A stretch of DNA of 64,000 nucleotides, counting the filler, from Jimgerdemannia flammicorona (Eukaryota), in assembly GCA_003990765.1 (NCBI GenBank). It is 3 parts of 3 records of this genome, joined end to end, with 100 filler letters (N's around TTAATTAATTAA, not from the genome) between each part and the next. Parts side by side here need not be neighbours in the genome. Positions count along the whole stretch, not along the records: positions 1 to 21,291 come from RBNJ01001484.1; 2 more parts are not named here. One strand, 5' to 3'. The notes beneath the pieces are model-generated. The model saw only the letters and a program-made list of their open reading frames with translations. It had not been told where the DNA came from and made no database searches. Both the position numbers and the translations under genes were made by a program. Positions 11,366 to 21,391 of this stretch are shown here, one piece after another. Numbering within the stretch: position 1 is the stretch's first letter; each line of letters opens with the position of its first letter.

Positions 11366-13726
11366 ATGTCTAAAGATCAAGAAGTACATTTAGAAGAAAT
11401 CTCAGAACCATTGGATGATATATCAGAGGATATATCAGAGGATATATCAGATATCTCCACCAGTTCATTATCACCAATGAGCATGAGAATAAAAATAAAA
11501 TCAAAACTTGGTGATAGCTGGGTGTAGAATTATGCTACAAAGGTAGTTTTATACATTGTGCTAATGGTTGAATTCATAGGGATGATTGGTCTCATCAATC
11601 ATAAGGGTGGGTGGTCAGTTGTAAGTGGTTGAGGTTCTAATATAGTCTCATATCTCTCTATTTAAATAGAATTTACAAAGTAAGCTCATAAGTTGCAACC
11701 ATTGCATGACTTAGAGCTATAAATCAAAGGATGGTAATATCAACAATCTTAAACGACATCTCTGGAAGCATCACAATACCATGCTCTTACCTCTCCAGTA
11801 TGCTGAGAATCCTCGCTGGTCTAAGAAAGATGATATTGTGAGTATAGATAGAATGGAATTTGGGAAGTACTTAGGAGGTTATTAGAAAAATAATTGATCA
11901 AATTTTATTACTACAAATAGGAACACACGGGCAAGACTTTAAGTAATGAAAAGTTTCATCAGTTAATTACCAACTTCATTGTCACTGGATATCAGCTATT
12001 CTCTACTATCGAAAATGCTGGCTTCAAGTATCTCCTTCACATATTATGCCCTGATCTGGCCCTTCCATCGGCTGATATGATTTTGCGAATTATTCGAAAG
12101 GAATTTGAACTATTGTGGATTCAAGTAAAAGCAAGGCTAGCAGGGCTCAAGTCGAAGGTGTCACTTATACTTGATTGTTGGACATCAGATGTTAACATCA
12201 AGGTCTTTCTTGGAATAACAGCTCATTGGATTGACAGTGATTGGAAGATGCATGACATTATCTTAGACATTGTGAATATTAGTGAAATAACACACATGGG
12301 TGCCAATCTTGCGAAAAGTCTGGAGCTGGTAATAGATTATTTATTACCTAGTGACAATCAAATTATTGCTGTTGTGTGTGACAATTTCAGTAACAATGAT
12401 ACTCTGTTTGAGAATCTCCATCATCTGCTCACTCATGTATACTGTTTCGGATATGTGTTGAATCTCGTCGTTCATGATACTCTTAGTTCTCTTAGTGAGC
12501 CCATTGGAAAGTTATGGGAGTTGATGAAGAAGATCAAAAATTCAGTGCAATGACAAGCACAACTGGCAAAGGTCTGTGAATCCTCCGGAATTCCCATTTT
12601 GAAGCCTCTCTTAGATGTTATAATGAGATGGAGTTCTATACATGAAATATTAGTGCATACTCTGGAGATTCATAAGGTAAGATTTTGAATCTATTTGTAT
12701 AGATTTTGGAATACAATTCGGAAGTATTTTGGTACTAAATAAATTGATATTATATCCAAATAGGGCTTGGATATATTGTGTGCCATGGATAAGCAAATGA
12801 GTGTTATATCCGAAGATGCATAGCAACAATTTGAATTGATTTTCCGATTTCTCGAGCCTTTTGCCAAAGTGACAACTGTGATGTCAGCTTCGAAGTATCC
12901 TACAATAGTGGCTGTTATCCCACTATTTAATTGGCTATGTGATCACCTTGAAGATGTCATCGGTATGTATCAAACTGGTGAACATTTTAATCAGGTATAC
13001 ATATATATGATTTTGAAAGTAATTTTATTTGTGAATTTAGGAACTTATTTAGTAAGTAATTGGGAAGTAATATGTGTATATTTTTATTTTTATAGTTATG
13101 CTTACCGCTGCTGAGAATGCATGTACGAAACTTCTAAAGTATTACTGCAAGACAACACCATTATACAGCATAGCTTCGGCCTTAGATCCACATATCAACA
13201 TGCATTATTTCTGTTGTGAGCAATGGAAAAAATCCTTAATTGATGAATGGAAGAATCAGATGGAACGTATCTGGGAAAAGGAGTATAAGCCTGTTAATGC
13301 TATCATTATACCCTCAATATTTCGTGATGCCAATGATTTTATCAACTCAATATATGAGAAGACACAGCATGTCGATGTGGATGACAAGCTTGAATGGTGG
13401 GTGTTGTTTTTATGTTTTTTGGTTGGCTTGGTTAATTTCCACCCATATCTCCCTGTTTCAGTTATTTGTCAGAGAATACAGCTGATCCTTGCATAGATAT
13501 ACTGGATTGGTGGTGGTGAAATCAGTCAGTATATCTTAATCTTTCACGAATGGCTCATGATTATCTTGCTATTTCAGCGATATCTATTCCATCTGAACAT
13601 ATTTTTTCTATTGCTGGTGAGCTAGTGACTGAATATCGAAATAGCTTGTGTGTAAATGCAATTCATGTATGCATGTGTTTGGATTCTTGGTGGTCTTCAG
13701 ATATTTTTCACTTTCAATTGCTCTGA
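11366..13726 (+). pseudogene. hAT-superfamily transposase, intron-containing (disrupted)
   Basis: BED finger (SWV*NY...CNHC...GNINNLKRHLWKHH), LILDCWTSD, VVCDNFSNND, CFG[H>Y]VLNL, DVIMRWSS, ALDP, and dimerization domain ILDWWW*N...LSRMAHDYLAISAISIPSEHIFS. GT-AG introns at about 11543-11669, 11838-11920, 12677-12763 and 12995-13095. Confidence 0.92.
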
Positions 13727-13767
13727 ATATTATCCAAATATTTTCCAAATCATTTTTTCAGAGCAGA

Positions 13768-14097
13768 GTTCAGAGGGTTGGGTTCAGGGTCAGGTTCAGG
13801 GGTCAGGTTTAGAGTCAGGTTCAGGGGTTGGGTTCAGGGTTGGGTTCTGGGGTCGGGTTCAGATTTGGGTTAAGGGTAAATAATGGGTTGGGTGACATAC
13901 ATTTCTAGGTCGGGTTAAAGATGGGTAATGTATCTTTCCAGGTCAGGTTAAAGATGGGTAATGTATAATTCTGGGTCAGGTTAAAGATGAGTGACATATA
14001 ATTCTGAGTTGGGTTAAAGACAGGTGATGTCTAATTCCAGATTGGCTGTTTTACGGGTTGGGTTTCGGATTAATCAGATTGGGTTTGTGGAGCACTA
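13768..14097. repeat. hAT 3' subterminal repeats and probable 3' terminal inverted repeat
   Basis: GGGTT(C/G/A)-rich array, then ~31-bp units (gggtcaggttaaagatgggtaatgtataattct). Ends in ...gtggagcacta (reverse complement TAGTGCTC, a hAT-like TAG start) exactly where family B sequence resumes. Confidence 0.65.
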
Positions 14098-15915
14098 GGC
14101 ATAAGGTACTGATGCAGCTCTCCTTAGCATTATCCAAAGCCTGTTCAATCACTGTTCTTATCAAGTGGTTATTAATGGCCTCATCACCCCTTTGGTCCCC
14201 ACTGAGCATGGCCTTTTTCAGGGCTCCCTCCTCTCCCCTTAGCTCTTTGATATCTTTATCGATCCCCTCACCGCCTCCTTAGATGAACAGTTCAAGGAGT
14301 ATGACTTCTCCCTTAGGCTCTTCTTTGCTGGCGATATCGCCCTCATCCCCCGCACTGCCACAGAAGAGCAGAGGATGATTGACTTTTGTGAAGATTGGCT
14401 TCTGGAGAATGGTATGGAGCTCAACCCCAAGAAGTGTGGTTATATTCACCCTGCTGACTGTACTGTGCAGATTGGGGGTGAACCCTACCTATGACCCCCC
14501 TCTTACATGTACCTGGGTATACTATATACTAATAAAGGGTTTGACTTTATCAGCCTCGCATTGCAGAATATAGTGAAGGCAGAATATACTCTTGGATTCT
14601 GCCATGCCCATGGTCCTCTCAGGTCACCAATGGTCAAGCTGGCCATCATACGAACATTCATCAGATCTCAGCTGGAGTATGGCCTTCCCCTTCTATGAGC
14701 CTCCTGCTCAGCAACCACCACAGGGCTTCAGGTATTGAAGCATCCTGAGCAGGTCTTTGATGATGCTATTGCTTGGATGGTTAGATTTTCTGGCCATCCC
14801 TTGCTTGGCAGTTCGATTCCCAGCCTCCCTTTCTTCCTTCATCATACATCCAACCTCTGCTGCATGTTCCAAGCCCATCTGGATTAGTGTAGTAAGTCCG
14901 GCAACAACCCCATCAGCCCCCTTAGCAAGCGCTTTATCACATATCCCTCAGGTTCTATCATTGACAAGTTCCAGCATTCGACCTCTTCACTTGACTTCCT
15001 CAACCAGTACTGGGACCTTCGTCCCCAGGTCTATAAGACTTGCTCACTCTACTCCTTCCTCCAGTCCTTCCTTTGGAATCAACTGCTGCAAAAATGGGCT
15101 TCCTCTTCTCAGGCTCTCATTCGGTATATTACCCCCAAAGACTGCTTGCAGTCGTAGGGCACCAACCATGTCCTCTCCTTCCCCCCCTGGCTTATGTGTT
15201 ATGCCCTCGCCCGGTGTTATGGCTACTTTGGCCAACTCCACCTCTGCTCCTGTGAAGATAAGTTCCATTGTGGATATCTCCTCAGGTGCAGTCTTCTCAA
15301 TGGTTCATATTCTGTGTTCCAAGATACTTCTGATTGAGATGAACAACTTGATTAGTTTACCAGTGACAAATGGCAGGACAAACTTTGCACCTACCCCCTT
15401 CACGCTCTTCATGAGACAGCCTACCATGCTATCAATGCTATGTGTAATTCTGATGATTACCCCACAGTTGGGTTCTGTCTGGCCAAGATTACAAAGATGC
15501 TTGGATGATTGAGTGATTGTATATTTTCTTTACTTCTTTCTTTCCCCTCATTTGCCTCAGTTGGTTCCCTTGTTGTTGAGAGCATATTGAGTTATTTATC
15601 TCATATCAGTCGTTTGGTGTTTGGTTGTTGATACGGTTCATGTAGTTGGCACCGAATGAATGTGTATTATATTTTAGCCTTTCTTTTCTTTGCTTTTCAC
15701 ATTTATTATCTTTACAGCTGTGACAAAATGGTTTTATCCAGCCCATCCATAGGGTGGTCACCTCTCTGGCCTTTGTTTTGTTCTTCTTAGCTAGTTGTTA
15801 ATTTGCTGGTCTTATTTTGCTTTTCTCATCTTAGGAGTTTTTGCAGTTTATTGCTCCAATGTATCTTGTCTTTTCTACAATAAATAAATTCTTACTTGAA
15901 GCCTAACCCTAACCC
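14098..15915 (+). mobile_element. Family B copy B2 (RT 3' half, 3' UTR, CCCTAA tail)
   Basis: Colinear with B1 7515-9340; ends cttacttgaag-cctaaccctaaccc. Confidence 0.92.
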
Positions 15916-15923
15916 CTGACCCC
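15902..15923 (+). repeat. Telomeric-type repeat tail of B2, separating B2 from B3
   Basis: cctaaccctaacccctgacccc. Confidence 0.85.
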
Positions 15924-15938
15924 AATCTGGTCACAGAG

Positions 15939-17050
15939 ATGGCCACAATGAGGAAGCAGATCTTGGATCTACTGACTCAGGTGACCGAACTTGTCATGAT
16001 CAACACCCAGCTGATGGCGCAGCTTGCTGCACAATCTGCGCCCACTGCCCCCTCATCATCTGGTGCCCCTTTGGGAAGCACCCCTGCTGCCCCTTCCACA
16101 TCTACCCCCCCAAGTCCTCAGCCCTCTCTCCTACTGGTCCTGCCATGAACATCTAGTTGAAGGCCCAGAAGTGAGCAGACAAGCAGACCACTAAAGCTGC
16201 TATGTTGCAGTCTAGTACACTACCAAAGGAGGTAACTCCCATGGCCATACCTCTAGCTGCCAAAGCTGCGCCCCCTAAAAAGAGCAAAGCCAAGGCCCCC
16301 GGGCCAGTACCCCAGGTTATGCCTGTGGGACCCAGTGCCACCAGTCTATCTTTGTCCCCCACTTCCACCCCTGCCTCCTCCAAATTGTATGCCAGTGCCA
16401 CCTAGAAGATCTCTATCAAGGATAGGACCCAGGTCTATCCTGAGATAGAAAGGGCAGCTGCCGCTGCCACCCTTTCACGTATAACCCACAACCCAACCTC
16501 TCATTTATTGCCAACTGAGAAGAGTGCTAGCTGCAGTACATTTACATCAATGGGTTTACCCATCTGAAGATTGGACAGATCCGGAATAACTTGTATGACA
16601 TCCATGTGATGTTGTCAAAGGTTCTCAATATGTCATGTGTCTCAGTGTTGACTATCAAATTCCTCTTCTGCCCTGATTATGTCACAGTATTCCAAAAGAA
16701 GATGAAGGCACTCGAGTTCTTGGTGCTGTCAGCCTGAGACCCTGCACTTCCCCACAACAAGAATACCACAGAGACTATGAAGACAGATACTCTAATCATT
16801 ACATGCTTGGGTCCAGCAGTTGGCTGGCAATGCCACTGCAAAGAGGCCTGAGGTGTAGACCTTCTACAGAGCTTGGGCTGTGGAACTCAGCCTCACTCTC
16901 CCCTCCTCTGCCTCCTCATTGGCCGGCCCTGCTTCGAAGACAGGTGGTACTGTGGCTATGACTGGTGAGATGGTGATGGATTTGGAAGCTGAAGCTTCCT
17001 CCTCGTGTGCTTCCCATGCTATTGGTGCTAATGTGCCTAGCCTACAATGA
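15939..17050 (+). pseudogene. Family B ORF1 (coiled-coil-like start, Pro/Ala/Ser linker, C-terminal globular domain; disrupted)
   Basis: MATMRKQILDLLTQVTEL..., LYASAT, YINGFTHLKIGQIRNNLYDIHVMLSKVLNMSCVS; frame ends ..NVPSLQ* with TGA overlapping the ORF2 ATG. Confidence 0.7.
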
Positions 17051-20000
17051 GGTTGGGTTCCTCAATGCACTTGGACTACCCCAGAATAAGTTCAATATGC
17101 TCAGTTGGCTGATTGGTCCTGCCCTCAATATTCCTTTCATATATGAAACATGGTACATTCCACTGTGTCTCTCTCTGCTCATTTACATGTCCTCTCCTCT
17201 GACATCACACAGGATTGTAGGTCACCAGAATAGTGGTCTTGTGATCCTTGTGTCAAACCATTTTGCCCCCCTCATTTCTGGGTCTTCTACTGACCCCTTC
17301 CATATCCAGCTCATGTTCCAGAACCTGGCTTTGGTTGGGGCTTATACCCCCACCTCTCTTCCCATTGGTGGCTTCCATGACCTTGTATCTAGTCTCTTTT
17401 CGGGTAAGGCCCTTTTGATCGGTGACATCAATACTCACTTTGGTACCTATCTTGGTGATATCAACTCTGGTCCTCATGACCAAATAGATGTCATTGACAC
17501 CTCTTTGATGAAATGGTCATTGAACCACCTGACCCCGGTGGCTAGATCTATACACATTGACCATGCATTTGCCACTGTGTCCCTCCTTGCATCCCTCACC
17601 TGCACTACTCCTCCTGTCACCACTGACTACCTCTCCCTCCTTACTGTCTCATTCCCCTTCTCCCCCTTGTCAGTTGTTGCCTTGGCTGGCATCTGTCATT
17701 ACTCTGTGAGATACCTGACTGATCCGGTCATTCAGGCTCATCTTTGAGAATCAGTAGATATTGTTTGTGATATTGTTGTCAGGTTCATATACTCTATTCG
17801 AGACCATATTGCTGGCTTTCATTCTGTGGAAGATCACCAGCAGTTCATAGATTCTCTTGATGCCCTTTTAACCTCTGGTCTACAGTCAGTCTGTGAGGAT
17901 ATTCTTGGCTCATATGATGTAAGAGAAATCAGGGTGGCACTGCTCCCTCAGCAGGACCTCCTTCGCAGTGCATCTTCAGTCTCTGATGCCATTTGTGGTT
18001 TTAAGCAAGTATACTACTCCACCTCCCTCACTCCTCTTCAATCTTGCTCTCCTGCTGTCTCAGTGTTCAACAATGTGGTTGTCCACTTTATCACTATCTT
18101 TGGTCAACTGGATGCCTTCCTCTACCTCAATAACTCTGAGGATGTCTTTCCCCTTGGTATGAGTGCTCTTGGACTATAGTCTTGGTTTGACTAGCCTGTA
18201 ATTTGGAGGGCTATCTGCAGCTACCCTCTCTTGAAGATCTGTAGAGCCAACTCCTTACACATCCAGATCCTTCAGATGATAGCAGGCAAGAAGGATGCAC
18301 CCTGTAGCCTGTCCAAAGCCCTGTCCTTTTTCTTCCAGATGTGCATGGTTTGGGGGCTCACTCTCTGTTACTGGAATTCTGCCATTATCACTCCGGTCTC
18401 TAAGAAAGAGGAATTTTGAATGATTGATGGATTTTGCCCTATCCCTCTCACCAAAACGTTTCATAGACTCTTTGAATAGTATTTGGAAGGATAAGTCAAA
18501 AGCCAAAGTGGCCTGACAGAGATGTCATGCTGCCAAGGTGGCTTCTGGACCTGTTTCTTGTCCCTTTCCTATGTCTTGCTCTCACACAAGATATGGGCTA
18601 AGGGATGGGGCTGCCATGTCTTTCTTGACCTCTGGCAGGTATATGATAGAGTCCCCCTCAAGCTCATTCTTTCCCAACTTGAGGTGTGAGGTGCTGATGC
18701 AGCCCTCCTTAGCATTATCCAAAACCTATCAATCACTATTCTTATCAAGTGGTTGTTAATGGCCTCATCACCCCTTCAGTTCCTACTGAGTGTAGCTTTT
18801 TTCAGGGCTCCCTCCTCTCTCCTTGGCTCTTTGATATCTTTATTGACCCCCTCACTACCTCCTTTGACAAACAATTCAAGGAGTATGACTTCCCCCTTGG
18901 GCTCTTCTTCACTGATGATATTGCTCTCACCCCCTGCACTGTCACAGAAGAGCAGAGGATGATTCACTTTTGTGAGGATTGGCTTCTGATGAATGGTATG
19001 GAGCTCAACCCCAAGAAGTTCAGTTATGTTGGCTCTGCTGACTGTACTGTGCAGATTGGGGGTGAGTCCTGCCTGTGATGCCCCTCTTATGTATACCTGA
19101 GCATGCCTTATACTAACAAAGAGTTTGACTTTGTCGACCTTGTGTTACAGAATGCAGTAAAGGTGAAGCAAACTCTTGGGTTCTGCCATGCCCATGGTCC
19201 CCTCTGGTTGTCAATGGTCAAGCTGGCCATTGTATGGACATTCATTAGACCTCAGCTGGAGTACAGCCTCCCCCTTCTACATGCCTCCTGTCTGGCAACT
19301 ACCACAGGGCTTCAGGTATTGAAGCATCCTGAGCAGGTCTTTGATGATGTTGTCACTTGGGCAGTCGGATTTTCCGGCTGTCCCTTGTTTGGCAGTTCAA
19401 TTCTTGGCCTCCCTTCCTTCCTTTGTCATATGTCGGACCTCTGCTGCATATTCCAAGCCCATCTGGATTGGTGTAGCAAGTCTGGCAACAACCCCATCAG
19501 CCACCTTAGCGATCAATTTATCACACATCTCCCAGGTTCTATTATTGACAAGTTCTGATATTGGACCTCTTGGCTTGACTTCCTCAACTAGTACTGGGTC
19601 CTCTATCCCCAGGTCCACAAGACTCGCTTGCTCTGCTCCTTCCTCCAGTCTTTCCTTTGGGAGTAGTTGCTTCAGAAATAGGCTTCCTCTTCTCAGGCTC
19701 TCATTCAGTATATCACCCCCAAAGGCTACTTGTGGTTGCAGGGTGCCGATCATGTCCTCTTCTTTCCCCCCCAGCTTATACACTCTGCTCTTGCCTGGCA
19801 CTATGGCTACTTTGGCCAACCCTGCCCCTGACCCTGTGGAGACAAGTTTCATCATGGCCATCTCCTCAGGTGTGGTCTTCTCAATGGTTCATATTCTGCA
19901 TTCCAAGATACTTCTGATCGAGATAATCAACTCGATTAGTTTACCAGTAATGAATGATAGGAAGAACTTTGTGCCTACTCTCTTTATGCTCTTCATGAGA

Positions 20001-20092
20001 CAGCCTACCATGCCATAGATATTATGTATAATTCTGGTAGCCACCTTATGGTCAGGTTCTGCCTGACCAAGATTACAAAGATACTTGGGTGA
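17047..20092 (+). pseudogene. Family B ORF2 APE-RT (disrupted)
   Basis: VGFLNALGL, FIYETW, LIGDINTH, IDHAF, FQGSLLSPWLF, FFTDDI. Confidence 0.9.
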
Positions 20093-20487
20093 TTGAGTGA
20101 TCACACATTTTCTTTATTTCTTTTTTTCCCCTCATTTGCCTCAGTTGGTTCTCCCTTGTCATTGAGAGCACATTGAGTTATTCATCTCATGTCAGTTGTT
20201 TGGTATTTGTGTGTCAATATGGTTTCTGTAGTTGGCACCAGGCATTTGTGTATTCTACTTAGCCTTTCTTTTCTTTACTTTTATCATTTATTATCTTTAC
20301 AGCCATGACAAAATGGTTTTATCCAGCCCATCCATAGGGTAGTTACCTCTCTGGCCTTTGTTTTGTACTTCTTAGCTAGTTGTTTACTTCACTGGTCTTG
20401 TTTTGCTTTTCTTATCTTAGGAGTCTTTGCCATTTATTACTCTGATGTATCCTATCTTCTCTACAATGAATAAATTCTTACTTGAAG

Positions 20488-20504
20488 CCTAACCCTAACC
20501 TTAA
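20488..20504 (+). repeat. Telomeric-type repeat tail of B3, separating B3 from B4
   Basis: cctaaccctaaccttaa. Confidence 0.85.
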
Positions 20505-21291
20505 TAAGACTTGGGTTACAAATATCAGTCTTGATCTCTTCTCTATCACTCTCTTATTAGCAGACTCTATTTTGAAGATAGAGGTACTGTGGTTATAAAG
20601 AGTGAGATAGTGATAGATCTTGAAGTAGAAGCTTCTGCTTTCAATTTCTCTCCAGTTATTGATATTAATATACCTCACCCATAATGAGAGTTGGGTTCCT
20701 TAATATACTTGAACTAACTCAAAATAAGTTTGATATACTTAGTTAGTTGATTAGTCCCATCCTCAATATTCTTTTTATTTGTAAAATATATTCCTTTCTA
20801 CTATATCTCTCCTCACTCATTTACATATCTTCACTCACCTTATCATATAGGATCATGAGTCACTAGAACAGTAGTCTCATTGTACTTATTTTAAACTACT
20901 TAATGCTACTTATTTCTGAGTTCTCTACAAATCACTTCTATATTTAACTCATATTCCAGGCCTTAGTATTAGTTGGGATTTATACCCTCCACTCACTTTC
21001 TATTAGTGTTTTCTATGATCTTATATCTGACCCCTTTTTACATAAGGTTCTTTTGATCAGTGACATTAATACATACTTTAGTATCTACTTTGTTGACATC
21101 ACATCTGGTTTTAGATGTCATTAATATCTTAAAGATAATATAGTCTTTGAACAAACTGACTCTAGTAGCAGCTAGATTTATATATATTTCCTATATATTT
21201 GTCACTGCATTTCTTCATATATTTCTTTTCTGCTCTTCTCTTCCTATCTCTGCCAACTATTCTTCTCTCTTTACTATCTCTTTTTTTTTTT
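20505..21291 (+). mobile_element. Family B copy B4, heavily decayed (end of ORF1 + APE region), cut by contig end
   Basis: 20505-20640 aligns to B3 16870-17000; atgagagttgggttccttaat at 20684 matches the ORF2 start. Confidence 0.8.
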
Positions 21292-21391
21292 NNNNNNNNN
21301 NNNNNNNNNNNNNNNNNNNNNNNNNNNNNNNNNNNTTAATTAATTAANNNNNNNNNNNNNNNNNNNNNNNNNNNNNNNNNNNNNNNNNNNN
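21292..21391. other. Artificial contig-joining spacer
   Basis: N44-TTAATTAATTAA-N44; the 12-mer puts stops in all six frames. Confidence 0.97.

Larger units (their letters stand above)
15924..20500 (+). mobile_element. Family B copy B3 (longest: most of ORF1 + ORF2 + 3' UTR + CCCTAA tail)
   Basis: Colinear with B1 from 17030 onward; upstream ORF1-like sequence is homologous to the start of B4. Confidence 0.92.

Noticed and set aside
21336..21347. TTAATTAATTAA palindrome as a biological site
   Set aside because: Flanked by exactly 44 Ns on each side and repeated at 42725; an assembly linker.
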